A DNA stretch of 32,000 bases from Faecalibaculum rodentium (GTDB taxonomy: Bacteria > Bacillota_I > Bacilli_A > Erysipelotrichales > Erysipelotrichaceae): assembly GCF_001564455.1 (NCBI RefSeq), contig NZ_CP011391.1, positions 510,001 to 542,000 on the forward strand, given 5' to 3'. Made by a program: the position numbers and the translations under genes. The notes beneath the pieces were generated by a model, which saw only the letters and a program-made list of their open reading frames with translations, was not told the DNA's origin and made no database searches. The stretch's first letter is position 1, and each line of letters begins with the position of its first letter. Below, piece by piece: positions 9,009 to 17,348 of this stretch.

Positions 9009-10352
9009 ATGAACAGAGACATTGAAGAACGGTCCCGGGCATACATACAGGAGCACCCGGTGGAATCCAAAGCGTCGGCTCTGAAGGTCCAGCAGCGGAT
9101 CGCCCATTCGGAGCTGAATGCCGGACACACGAACATCACTCACACACTGCATATCCCGAAGTACTTCTCCCAGCGCGACCGGAAGAAGTTTCAGGACATC
9201 GTCAGCACGATGATGCCCGTTTTCTACAAAACCATCGATGCCTACCGGCAGGACCCGGAAGTCCGGGCACTTTTTCCCTTTGATGAACGGCTGCAGGAGC
9301 TGATTCTGCTGGAGGCGACTTCGGCCTATCCCATTCCGGTGTCCCGGGTGGACATTTTCTACAACGAGGAGACCGGTGACTTCAAATTCTGCGAATTCAA
9401 CACAGACGGCACGAGTGCCATGAACGAAAACCGGCGGCTGACTGAATTCCTGGAGGACAACAACGTGTTCCAGGCCCTGCAGCCGGCGGTGGACCAGGAG
9501 GAACTCATCGATCCGCTGATCGATGCCCTGCTGGAGGTGTGGCATTCTGCGAGCAGGAAGCTGTTTGACACCGACCGCACGCCGTCTGTGGTCATTACGG
9601 ATTTCCTGGACAAGGCCTATCTCTCGGAACTGAAGCAGATCTGTCTGCGGATGAACGAACGCGGGATCCCGGCCGAGGTCACGGATATCCGGGACCTGGT
9701 CTATGAAGACGGGCGGCTGAAGTCGGCGAAAACGGGCACGGTCTATGACCTGGTCTATCGTCGGGCGGTGACGAAGGACATCATGGAGGGGTACGATTCG
9801 GTGACGCCGTTTCTGGACGCCATGCGCAACGAAGCCATGGTCATGGCCGGGCCGCTGTCCACGCAGGTGATCCATCACAAGGCCATCAACATGGCGCTGC
9901 TGGATCCCATCCTGCAGAAGTATTTCACAGAAGAGGAGCAGACATTCCTGAACGAACACCTCCCGAAGACATACCGGCTGACCAAAGAGCGGGCAGAGGA
10001 AGTCCTGAAGACGGACAAGGACCGGTGGATCCTGAAGCCGGAGGACTCCTATGCGGCCCGGGGCGTGTTCTGCGGACAGGACCTGCATCAGAATCAGTGG
10101 GAGCGCGAGGTGCAGAACTGTGCAGACCGCCACTATCTTGTGCAGGAGTATGTAGAGCCGTACCAGTCCCCGAATGTGGACCTGCTGGTGAGCGATGCCT
10201 TTGTTCCCTATACCAACATGACGGGCCTGTATGTGTACAACGGCGACTTCGCCGGGGTGTATTCCCGTCTCTCGGATGGCCGTGTGGTGAGCACGCAATA
10301 CAATGAAAAAGCCATTCCCACGCTGTTTGTGAAGGAGGATGCGGCTTCCTGA
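9009..10352 (+). CDS. ATP-grasp ligase resembling eukaryotic-type glutathione synthetase
   Basis: Starts at MNRDIEE (ATG 9009, GGGAGA upstream). From memory, several blocks are collinear with eukaryotic GSH synthetase: VDIFY...FCEFNTDGTSAMNE, VYDLVYRR, RWILKPEDSYAARGVF, HYLVQEYVEP, GLYVY...VYSR. The position next to gshA supports the call. Confidence 0.5.
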   Translation: MNRDIEERSRAYIQEHPVESKASALKVQQRIAHSELNAGHTNITHTLHIPKYFSQRDRKKFQDIVSTMMPVFYKTIDAYRQDPEVRALFPFDERLQELILLEATSAYPIPVSRVDIFYNEETGDFKFCEFNTDGTSAMNENRRLTEFLEDNNVFQALQPAVDQEELIDPLIDALLEVWHSASRKLFDTDRTPSVVITDFLDKAYLSELKQICLRMNERGIPAEVTDIRDLVYEDGRLKSAKTGTVYDLVYRRAVTKDIMEGYDSVTPFLDAMRNEAMVMAGPLSTQVIHHKAINMALLDPILQKYFTEEEQTFLNEHLPKTYRLTKERAEEVLKTDKDRWILKPEDSYAARGVFCGQDLHQNQWEREVQNCADRHYLVQEYVEPYQSPNVDLLVSDAFVPYTNMTGLYVYNGDFAGVYSRLSDGRVVSTQYNEKAIPTLFVKEDAAS

Positions 10353-10475
10353 TCCGGTGCGGGTACACACAAGACAGGAAAAACCCGGGACCTTCCGGCA
10401 CCTGCAGGGTGTCCGGTCGATTCCGGGTTTTGTGGTTCGCAATCTGCTGCCGGGTGCAGGGCAGGAAAGACGGGC

Positions 10476-11387
10476 TCAGTTTTCCAGGAATTCCCGGACG
10501 AGAAAGCCATCCTGCAGGCCATTGTCATACATGGCCTGCAGCCGGTCGGGATCCCGTGTGAGTGTCTTCAGACCCTGGTCACTGACCGGTGCCAGGATCA
10601 GGACTTTGCCCTGCTCTTCCAGTTCCAGCGCTTTCTCCAGTGCCTGGTTGTAGGCCCGGGCCCGCTGTTCCAGGGCAGCGGCAACCTTCGGATATTTCTG
10701 GCGCAGGGCCTTTGCGTACATGCGGTCTTTCTTGTCAGTCCGGCGCATGTCTCGTGGCCTGGTGAGGATGAGGACGATTTTCTCCGCTCCCAATTCGAGT
10801 GCCTTCTCCAGCGGAATGGGGTCGGCGATGCCGCCATCGAAATACTCCATCCCCATGACTTTGTGGGGATGACACGCAAAGGGCAGGGCACAGGAGCATT
10901 TGATGAGCTCATAGTCGTCCTGTCGGTAGCGGTTCTTTCGCCAGTAGGCCGGCCGTCCCGTAACGGCATTGGTGGTCACCGTGACAAAATCCATGGGGTT
11001 GGCATCGATTGCCGGAAAGTCCAGGGGATACTCGCCATCTGTATTGGAGAGCGTGGTGTAAATGTAGTCCAGGTCCAGGAACCCCTTTTTCCGGAAGACA
11101 TTCTGCACACTCATGTACTCCGGGCGCTGTGAGTAGTCCCGGTAGTAGACCAGGTTGCGTCCTTTCTGCCCGGCGAGAAAACTCGAGAGATTCGCTGCGC
11201 CGGCGGAAATGCCGATCCCGAAATCGAAGGTGATGCCCTGGTCCATGAGGGTGTCGAAGACCCCTGCACCGTAGATGTCCCGCAGGCCGCCGCCCACATC
11301 AATGACGCAGGTCTTTTTGGGGCGCCCTGTGAGCCAGGGATCCGGTGCGATCTGCGCCAGGTCTGGAGCGTTCTCAGCGGCTTTCAC
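10476..11387 (-). CDS. Patatin-like phospholipase
   Basis: Oxyanion motif DVGGGLRDIYGAG, nucleophile GISAG (GxSxG) and Asp motif YFDGGIADP are present. The start is uncertain. All in-frame ATGs (11441, 11459, 11495) lie inside the upstream permease gene, so GTG 11387 is proposed, giving a 14-nt overlap. Confidence 0.75.
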   Translation of the reverse strand: MKAAENAPDLAQIAPDPWLTGRPKKTCVIDVGGGLRDIYGAGVFDTLMDQGITFDFGIGISAGAANLSSFLAGQKGRNLVYYRDYSQRPEYMSVQNVFRKKGFLDLDYIYTTLSNTDGEYPLDFPAIDANPMDFVTVTTNAVTGRPAYWRKNRYRQDDYELIKCSCALPFACHPHKVMGMEYFDGGIADPIPLEKALELGAEKIVLILTRPRDMRRTDKKDRMYAKALRQKYPKVAAALEQRARAYNQALEKALELEEQGKVLILAPVSDQGLKTLTRDPDRLQAMYDNGLQDGFLVREFLEN

Positions 11388-12708
11388 GGTCCCGTCGGGC
11401 GTTTTCCGCCGCGATGTTGTCCGCCAGAACCGTGAATTCATTCTCCGGCTCCGGTGCATCTTCCTTGTTGATCCAGCCGAGTTTGTCAAAGACAAAGAAC
11501 AGCAGGGAGAGGCCCATGGCCACCAGCGCAGCCAGGATCATGCCCGACAGGGATACAGAGCCAATGGTGAGGGTGATGCCGGACAGACCGGTGACAAAGA
11601 CCACGGATGTCAGCACCATGTTCATGGAGTTGCCGAAGTCCACCTTCTCGTCGATCAGGATCCGCAGACCCGACACACCGATCATGCCGTAGAGCAGGAA
11701 GGAGATTCCGCCGATCACGGCATTGGGAATGGTCTGGATCAGCGCCGACAGCGGGCCAATAAAGGCACAGATGATGGAAATGATGGCTGCACCGGCAATG
11801 ACCTGCACAGAGTAGACACCCGTCAGGGCCATGACGCCGATGTTCTCGCCATAGGTCGTGGTGGGAACGGATCCCAGGAAGCCGGAGATCATGGTGGAGA
11901 AGTTGTCTGCGAACAGCGTCTTGTCCAGGCCCGGCTTTTTGATCAGATCACGGCCGACGATCTGGCTGGTGACGATCTGGTGACCGATGTGCTCGGAGGC
12001 GATGACCAGCAGCACGGGCAGCATCATGAGCACGGCATTGATGTCGAATTTCGGCATCGTGAAGTTGGGCATCTGGAAGAATCCGACGTTCTGGAATGCG
12101 GAGAAATCCACCGCACCGAAGCACAGGGCTGTCACATAGCCGGCAATGACAGCGATCAGGATGGGAATCACCGCCAGGAACTTCCGGAAGCACACAGAGC
12201 CGATGACAGCCACTGCCAGTGTGACCAGGAACACCGTGACGTCCACCATGCTGACGGAATCACCCAGCAGGCCGGCGGTGCTGGCGGCGGATCCTGCGAG
12301 TTCCAGTCCGATCAGTGCGACAACCGGTGCCATGGCAGCGGGAGGCAGCACCACGGAGATCCAGTCTGTGCCGAATTTCTTGATGATGAAGGAGAGCAGG
12401 CATCCGCAGAAGCCCACGGCAATGAAGCCGCCAAGGGCGTATTCATAGCCGAAGGAGGCAATGATGGCATTGCCGGGTGCCAGGAAGGCAAAGCTGCTTC
12501 CCAGGTAGGCAGGTGCCTGGCCTTTGGTGATGAAGATGAACAGCAGCGTGCCGATGCCGTTCATGAGCAGCACGATGGCCGGGTTGATGCCAAAGAGGAA
12601 CGGCACCAGGACAGTGGCGCCGAACATTGCGAACAGGTGCTGGATGCTCAGAGGCAGCAGCATGCTGGAGGGGACTTTTTCGTCCACCTGATAGATTTTT
12701 TTCGCCAT
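11374..12708 (-). CDS. pyrP: Uracil permease (NCS2 family, PyrP/UraA type)
   Basis: Starts MAKKIYQVDEKVP...SIQHLFAMFGATVLVP...KGQAPAYLGSSFAF, which is collinear with PyrP/UraA. A GAGAGG RBS precedes ATG 12708. Confidence 0.9.
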   Translation of the reverse strand: MAKKIYQVDEKVPSSMLLPLSIQHLFAMFGATVLVPFLFGINPAIVLLMNGIGTLLFIFITKGQAPAYLGSSFAFLAPGNAIIASFGYEYALGGFIAVGFCGCLLSFIIKKFGTDWISVVLPPAAMAPVVALIGLELAGSAASTAGLLGDSVSMVDVTVFLVTLAVAVIGSVCFRKFLAVIPILIAVIAGYVTALCFGAVDFSAFQNVGFFQMPNFTMPKFDINAVLMMLPVLLVIASEHIGHQIVTSQIVGRDLIKKPGLDKTLFADNFSTMISGFLGSVPTTTYGENIGVMALTGVYSVQVIAGAAIISIICAFIGPLSALIQTIPNAVIGGISFLLYGMIGVSGLRILIDEKVDFGNSMNMVLTSVVFVTGLSGITLTIGSVSLSGMILAALVAMGLSLLFFVFDKLGWINKEDAPEPENEFTVLADNIAAENARRDRESR

Positions 12709-12975
12709 AAAACCTCTCACTTTCTGATTTTCCGCTCAATTATACAAGAATTGGGAAGCCGGATAAACGGCTTCCCATGATTTTGCGTCATTTGGCTGAC
12801 AGTTGTGGAACATCTGAAACAGAAGTGGTCCGTCACCTGCAGAGGAAAGGGATGTCTGCAGTTGTTTCTGCGCGACAGCCGGGACAACGACCTGCTTCCG
12901 GTTTTCTGCAGTTTTTTCGTGATGTATCTGAGGAGAAGTGGATCTGCAGCCCTGCCAGCCAGCATCGGCATATTG
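12709..12975 (-). promoter_or_regulatory. Long structured leader of the uracil permease gene (candidate attenuator; mechanism unknown)
   Basis: The leader has four CTGCAG palindromes (12837, 12856, 12906, 12944). There are two direct modules ATCTGA-N3/4-AGAAGTGG (12812-12828, 12926-12941). A GC hairpin GGGAAGCC-N8-GGCTTCCC (12753-12776) lies just upstream of the RBS. Confidence 0.3.
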
Positions 12976-13001
12976 AAAAAGCGCCCAATTGAGGCGCTTT
13001 T
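12976..13001. terminator. Bidirectional terminator hairpin
   Basis: The sequence AAAAAGCGCC-CAATTGA-GGCGCTTTT is a hairpin with an A-run on one side and a T-run on the other. Confidence 0.6.
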
Positions 13002-13033
13002 ACTCAAAATGCTGCACGATTTGCTGCACGATT

Positions 13034-13059
13034 AAAGAAAAGCCCCATAAACAGGGGCT
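13034..13059 (-). terminator. Terminator downstream of tRNA-Ala
   Basis: AGCCCC (13041-13046) pairs with GGGGCT (13054-13059). On the minus strand it is followed by TTTCTTT. Confidence 0.6.
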
Positions 13060-13069
13060 TTGTGGACAA

Positions 13070-13145
13070 TGGTGGAGCGTACGGGATTCGAACCCGTGAC
13101 CTCTTACATGCGAAGCAAGCGCTCTCCCAGCTGAGCTAACACCCC
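13070..13145 (-). tRNA. tRNA-Ala (anticodon CGC), CCA encoded
   Basis: A hand-folded cloverleaf of GGGGTGTTAGCTCAGCTGGGAGAGCGCTTGCTTCGCATGTAAGAGGTCACGGGTTCGAATCCCGTACGCTCCACCA works. It has the G3:U70 Ala identity pair and anticodon loop TTCGCAT. Confidence 0.9.
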
Positions 13146-13296
13146 ATGTACAGTCCAAACGATACCAAATCTGCCCGGGATAATCAAATGCAGGAGCATA
13201 TTGGGGCGGAATTTGAAAAACTTTTCAGAAATGTATGCTCGAAACAGACAACTGTTCATATACGGTGTTACAATTGTGCGTTGTCAGGAGATTGAT

Positions 13297-14574
13297 ATGA
13301 AACGCATTTTGAACTGGTTGAAGGCGGCAGCTGCAAAATACAACAGCACGAGCCTGATTCTCCGGATCTTCATCGGCCTTGTCATCGGTGTGATCCTCGC
13401 CATTGTGCTCCCGGGCTGGACCTGGCTGGGAGAACCTGGGAACCTCTTTGTCGGCGCGCTGAAAGCCGTGGCCCCGGTCCTGGTCTTTGTGCTGGTCTCC
13501 AGCGCCCTTGCCCAGAACGGACAGGGACTGGACAAGCGGTTCGGCACTGTCATTGGTTTGTACATGCTGACGACATTTCTGGCCGCGGTGCTGGCTGTCT
13601 GCATGAGTTTTCTGTTCCCGCAGACGATTGTGCTGGCGGATGCCGCAGCGTCGGACACCATTCCCCAGGGACTGGGGGACGTCATACACACCCTGCTCAT
13701 GAACATCGTCGCCAATCCCGTCGACGCCATTGCGCAGGCCAACTACATCGGGATCCTGATGTGGGCGGTGCTCTTCGGATTTGCCATGAAGGCCGTGGCC
13801 TCGGATTTAGCCAGGCAGTTCATGGCAGATGTGGCGGATGCCGTGAGCGTGATCGTGCGCTGGGTCATAAACCTGGCTCCCTTTGGCATCATGGGGCTGA
13901 TCTTCACCACGGTTTCCACGAGCGGGCTGAGCATTTTCACGGATTACGGAAAGCTCCTGCTGCTGCTTGTGGCGACGATGCTGATCATGGCACTGGTGGT
14001 GTCTCCGCTGGTGATTTTCCTCTGCCTGCGGGTGAATCCCTGTCCCCTGGTGTTCCGCTGCCTGCGGGAATCGGGCATTCCGGCGTTCTTCACCCGCAGT
14101 TCCGCTGCGAACATTCCCGTGAACATGGAGCTCTGCGAGAAAATGGGACTGGACCGCAATTTCTATTCTGTCTCCATCCCCCTGGGATCCACGATCAATA
14201 TGGATGGTGCCGCCATTACAATCACCATCATGACGCTGGCTGCGGCACATACCCTGGGCATTGAGGTGTCGATTCCCGCGGCGATCATTCTCTCTGTGCT
14301 CTCGGCACTTGCGGCGTGCGGAGCGTCCGGAGTCGCCGGCGGCAGTCTGCTGCTGATTCCCATGGCGTGTTCGCTGTTTGGCATCGGCCAGGATGTGGCG
14401 ATGCAGGTCGTGGCTGTGGGCTTCATCATTGGCGTAGTGCAGGATTCGGTGGAAACGGCGCTGAACTCTGCGGGTGATGCGGCGTTCACGACGACGGCGG
14501 AATTCATGCAGTGGAAACGGGAAGGCCGGCCTTTGCCGGAGTTCCTGGACAGACACAGCCGGAGCAAACGGTAA
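13297..14574 (+). CDS. sstT: Serine/threonine:sodium symporter SstT (DAACS family)
   Basis: Starts at MKRILNWL (ATG 13297, CAGGAG RBS). Blocks are near-identical to E. coli SstT: LFVGALKAVAPVLVFVLV, CLRESGIPAFFTRSSAANIPVNM, YSVSIPLGSTINMDGAAITIT, ACGASGVAGGSLLLIP, AMQVVAVGFIIGVVQDS. Confidence 0.9.
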   Translation: MKRILNWLKAAAAKYNSTSLILRIFIGLVIGVILAIVLPGWTWLGEPGNLFVGALKAVAPVLVFVLVSSALAQNGQGLDKRFGTVIGLYMLTTFLAAVLAVCMSFLFPQTIVLADAAASDTIPQGLGDVIHTLLMNIVANPVDAIAQANYIGILMWAVLFGFAMKAVASDLARQFMADVADAVSVIVRWVINLAPFGIMGLIFTTVSTSGLSIFTDYGKLLLLLVATMLIMALVVSPLVIFLCLRVNPCPLVFRCLRESGIPAFFTRSSAANIPVNMELCEKMGLDRNFYSVSIPLGSTINMDGAAITITIMTLAAAHTLGIEVSIPAAIILSVLSALAACGASGVAGGSLLLIPMACSLFGIGQDVAMQVVAVGFIIGVVQDSVETALNSAGDAAFTTTAEFMQWKREGRPLPEFLDRHSRSKR

Positions 14575-14591
14575 AACAGGATTTGAAACAG

Positions 14592-14623
14592 GCACAGCTT
14601 TCAGGCGGAAGCTGTGCTTTTTT
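14592..14623 (+). terminator. Rho-independent terminator of sstT
   Basis: GCACAGCTT (14592-14600) pairs with AAGCTGTGC (14609-14617), followed by TTTTTT. Confidence 0.8.
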
Positions 14624-14781
14624 GTCGCACGTCATCCTCCGGGAGATGGGAACGGTTTGTAAACGTGACGGTTCCGTCATCATTGGCTGCAGTCCGTGGC
14701 TGCTGATTCAAGTACAATGGACGGGTAGCGGGAGCGGTCCGGAACCCAGCCGGGATCTGCCTGCCGGAGAGGAGACACAGC

Positions 14782-15525
14782 ATGAAGGCCTACATTCAGT
14801 CGTATCCCGATGGGATGCCGCACAATCACAACTTTGCATCTGCCTGGTACGGATTTCAGGAAATGGGATGGGAGACCGTGGCGTTTTCCGACTATGCACA
14901 GATTCAGGACAGCAGGCCGGAGGATGTGATCGTCGGGTATGTGGGCATCGTACAGCACCGGCTGAAAGACCTGGGGCACGTGTATCCGGACCTGGACTAT
15001 CCCGAAGAGCTGCAGGCATTCCTCGGACGGAAGATCTGGGCATCCACGCTGAACGCCGTCAGCTGTGCACCGGAGACCTGGCCGGTGTTTGTGAAGTCCC
15101 GACTGGACAAGGCCTTCACAGGGACCGTGGTGCAGAGTCCTGCCGATCTGGTTGGTGGCGGTCTGCAGGGGGGTGACCTGGAGGCCTGGTGCTCTGAAGT
15201 CGTGGACTTTGTGTCGGAATGGCGTGTCTATGTCCGATATGGCAGGATCCTGGACATGAAGCGGTACAGAGGCGACTGGCGACTCATGCCGGATCCGGCT
15301 GTTGTGGAGCAGGCGGTCAGAGAATATGCCGAAGGTCCGGCGGGATATGCTGCGGACTTTGGGGTGACTGCAGATGGGCGGACACTGCTGATTGAAATCA
15401 ACGACGGCTATGCGCTAGGCAATTATGGTCTGCAGGAAATTCTCTATGCAAAGCTCCTCAGCGCCCGATGGGCGGAGCTGACAGAGACAGAAGATGAGTG
15501 CGACTTTGACCGGGTGTATCGCTGA
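14782..15525 (+). CDS. ATP-grasp domain protein (R2K-clade / DUF4343-like), function unknown
   Basis: The 247-aa product has blocks VFVKSRLDKAFTGTVV, EWRVYVRYGRIL..KRYRGDW and LLIEINDGYALGNYGL. I recall these as typical of the small stand-alone DUF4343 ATP-grasp family. Confidence 0.5.
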   Translation: MKAYIQSYPDGMPHNHNFASAWYGFQEMGWETVAFSDYAQIQDSRPEDVIVGYVGIVQHRLKDLGHVYPDLDYPEELQAFLGRKIWASTLNAVSCAPETWPVFVKSRLDKAFTGTVVQSPADLVGGGLQGGDLEAWCSEVVDFVSEWRVYVRYGRILDMKRYRGDWRLMPDPAVVEQAVREYAEGPAGYAADFGVTADGRTLLIEINDGYALGNYGLQEILYAKLLSARWAELTETEDECDFDRVYR

Positions 15526-15529
15526 GGCA

Positions 15530-15569
15530 GGCACCGGAGGGCTTCGGCTTTCCGGTGCTTTTGTCTTTT
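15530..15569 (+). terminator. Rho-independent terminator after the ATP-grasp gene
   Basis: GCACCGGA (15530-15537) pairs with TCCGGTGC (15550-15557), followed by TTTTGTCTTTTT. Confidence 0.75.
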
Positions 15570-15600
15570 TCCGTGCACGCGGAACCGGTCGGAAGGCAAA

Positions 15601-15631
15601 GAAAAACTCCTCTGCATGGATGCAGAGGAGT
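15601..15631 (-). terminator. Terminator downstream of tRNA-Arg(CCT)
   Basis: ACTCCTCTGCA-TGGA-TGCAGAGGAGT is a perfect hairpin. On the minus strand it is followed by TTTTTC. Confidence 0.8.
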
Positions 15632-15641
15632 TTGTGGACAA

Positions 15642-15718
15642 TGGCGTCGTCAAGAGGATTCGAACCTCCGACCTGCCGCTTAGGAGGCGGCTGCTCTATC
15701 CGGCTGAGCTATGACGAC
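15642..15718 (-). tRNA. tRNA-Arg (anticodon CCT), CCA encoded
   Basis: The cloverleaf of GTCGTCATAGCTCAGCCGGATAGAGCAGCCGCCTCCTAAGCGGCAGGTCGGAGGTTCGAATCCTCTTGACGACGCCA folds by hand. The anticodon loop is CTCCTAA. Confidence 0.9.
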
Positions 15719-15802
15719 AGATGGCAGTATTATGGCATTCACAGCCGGTTTTGGCAAGACTGGTACCGGGGATGAGGCAACTGGCGGCGTGAATCGTGCA
15801 TG

Positions 15803-15826
15803 AAAAAAAAGGAGCCTTTCGGCTCC
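15803..15826 (-). terminator. Terminator downstream of tRNA-Arg(CCG)
   Basis: GGAGCC-TTTC-GGCTCC hairpin. An A8 run on the plus strand gives a T8 run on the minus strand. Confidence 0.8.
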
Positions 15827-15840
15827 TGCTGCTTTTTTGA

Positions 15841-15917
15841 TGGCGCGCTCGACAGGGCTCGAACCTGCGACCCTCAGAATCGGAATCTGATACTCTATCC
15901 AGCTGAGCTACGAGCGC
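15841..15917 (-). tRNA. tRNA-Arg (anticodon CCG), CCA encoded
   Basis: The cloverleaf of GCGCTCGTAGCTCAGCTGGATAGAGTATCAGATTCCGATTCTGAGGGTCGCAGGTTCGAGCCCTGTCGAGCGCGCCA folds by hand. The anticodon loop is TTCCGAT. Confidence 0.9.
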
Positions 15918-15930
15918 AGTCAACACGATT

Positions 15931-15959
15931 ATCTTATCAGTTGCGGCCGCCAATTGCAA
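15931..15959 (-). promoter_or_regulatory. Sigma-70-type promoter for tRNA-Arg(CCG)
   Basis: On the minus strand, TTGCAA (15959-15954) is followed by a 17-nt spacer and TAAGAT (15936-15931). The -10 element ends 13 nt upstream of the tRNA 5' end. Confidence 0.45.
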
Positions 15960-16169
15960 CTGCAACCTGCCTGACTCTGTTTTATCCGCTTGCCGCCGGA
16001 ATGAAAACGGTAACATAAATTAACCCGTGAATCCTGAGTTTTGCTCCAGCTTTTGTGTGAAAACTGTATGAAAAATTGTAATGAAACAAAGTGTATGGTG
16101 CTTGCGTCAGGGGTTTAACAGAGTTAATATTTTGTCGAAAGTTGTACAAGAGAACAGAGAGGGCAGAAT

Positions 16170-16472
16170 ATGGATACATATCCGGATATGGTGAGTTTTT
16201 CTATCCTGAAGAACGCGCGCCAGGCGAAAGATCTGGCTTACAAGGCATTGAAGAAAGCGAAGGATGGAGAACTGGAAGAAGCCAGACGCCTTCTTTCCAT
16301 CAGCGATGCCGCGTGCTCGGCTGCTCAGCAGGCGGAGACTGAACTGCTGACCTTCGATATGACAGGTCGCGAACATGTTCGGGAACACTCCCGCGATCAC
16401 CTGATGTCTTCCATCCTGGCGACAGAACTGGTGCACGAGATGGTCGAGAAGTATCATTCCGAAAACGACTGA
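16170..16472 (+). CDS. PTS lactose/cellobiose-family IIA component
   Basis: The 100-aa three-helix product has the family pattern, including HSRDHLMSSILATELVHEM (conserved His region; compare HAQDHLM). No IIB or IIC gene is in the window. Confidence 0.75.
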   Translation: MDTYPDMVSFSILKNARQAKDLAYKALKKAKDGELEEARRLLSISDAACSAAQQAETELLTFDMTGREHVREHSRDHLMSSILATELVHEMVEKYHSEND

Positions 16473-16478
16473 AAATCC

Positions 16479-16505
16479 AAAAAAACGGCTCCGGCCGTTT
16501 TTTTT
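16479..16505 (+). terminator. Rho-independent terminator of the PTS IIA gene, and insertion landmark of the intron
   Basis: AAAAACGGC-TCCG-GCCGTTTTTTTT. The T8 run ends at 16505, 3 nt before the intron 5' end. Confidence 0.85.
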
Positions 16506-16892
16506 GTTGTGTGTCGGGCATGACGCACATCTAGCCGGTGAAAGTCCGGGCACGGGTATTTGCCGCCAAGTGTAGTGAACCGCAAGTCGAAAGCCGCGAG
16601 GCTGGGATGGAAGAAGCGGTGTAGCCAATCTGACGAGCCTACGAACAGAAACCTGATACAAGGCCAAATGGCGGGTGAGGTTGCAACACAAACCAAAGCC
16701 CAAAAGGCAAACGTAAAACCAAGACGGTAAATCAGGAGGTTGTGCAGAGAAAGATGTGTGCCTTACCCCGAGAGATCTCGCAGACGTCAGTCCAATAAGC
16801 TTTAAAAACAGCGATGGTGGTGCCAGTGGCATACGGTCCGAAAATGTTTACTGCGAGAAGTCAGAGCGGAGCATAGTAGGTAGTAATACTGT

Positions 16893-17251
16893 TATGAAAT
16901 GACCTTTGTCAAGAGTGAGTGAGAAGGTATAGTGCCCCCTTACCCCCATTGATGATCATCATTTTAGTTCTAAGCTTGACAGCACTTTACAGAAGCTGCA
17001 AGGAAATTGGTCCCGGCTTTTGGCCACTCTGTTATACGTGGATTGGTTACCAACAGGTCAATGGTTCGCCAGGAGTGGAGCTGTCTGAATACGTGGATCA
17101 CTGCTGTTAAGCAGGCCGACATAGAATTATCGCTCATCACTCAGACCTTGCACATGCAGCTTCTCTGAACTGCTGTCAAAAATATGAACCAAAATGGCAG
17201 GCTGTAGGTTAAAACTCGTTGTTTCTGAAACAAATTGCTTATTGTTGAAAC
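16893..17251 (-). ncRNA. Second (duplicated) copy of the candidate bridge/seek-RNA-encoding IS arm
   Basis: Identical to 17349-17707. The ATACGTGGAT motifs lie at 17034-17043 and 17089-17098. Confidence 0.35.
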
Positions 17252-17346
17252 TCAGTCTCTGGCAATGGAAATGTTATCCGTCATAAGTCCCCAGACAAAA
17301 CAGGAAAGATCTCTCGCAATGGCAGATACAGCTATATTGTGCTTCT
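17252..17346 (-). pseudogene. Duplicated 3' fragment of the IS110 transposase gene (last 31 codons plus stop), with no promoter or start
   Basis: Identical to 17708-17802 and created by the 456-bp tandem duplication. Confidence 0.8.
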
Positions 17347-17348
17347 GT

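Noticed and set aside
12837-12861. PyrR binding loop in the pyrP leader (plus-strand CTGCAGAGGAAAGGGATGTCTGCAG hairpin).
   Set aside because: The loosely similar CAGAGGAAAGG sequence is on the plus strand, antisense to pyrP. The sense-strand RNA has no CCAGAGAGG-like motif.
12777-12992. 71-aa plus-strand ORF in the pyrP leader region.
   Set aside because: It has no RBS and its composition is not protein-like. It overlaps the region with hairpins and repeats, which is better interpreted as a minus-strand leader.
16107-16832. 241-aa minus-strand ORF spanning the PTS IIA gene and the intron 5' end.
   Set aside because: It is antisense to a recognisable PTS IIA gene and crosses a terminator and the intron ribozyme. 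The translation is not protein-like.
16919-17110. 63-aa ORF (non-ATG start) present twice (also 17375-17566) inside the duplicated IS arm.
   Set aside because: It has no RBS and lies on the strand opposite the transposase, within the region better explained as structured non-coding RNA. It is duplicated only because the DNA is duplicated.
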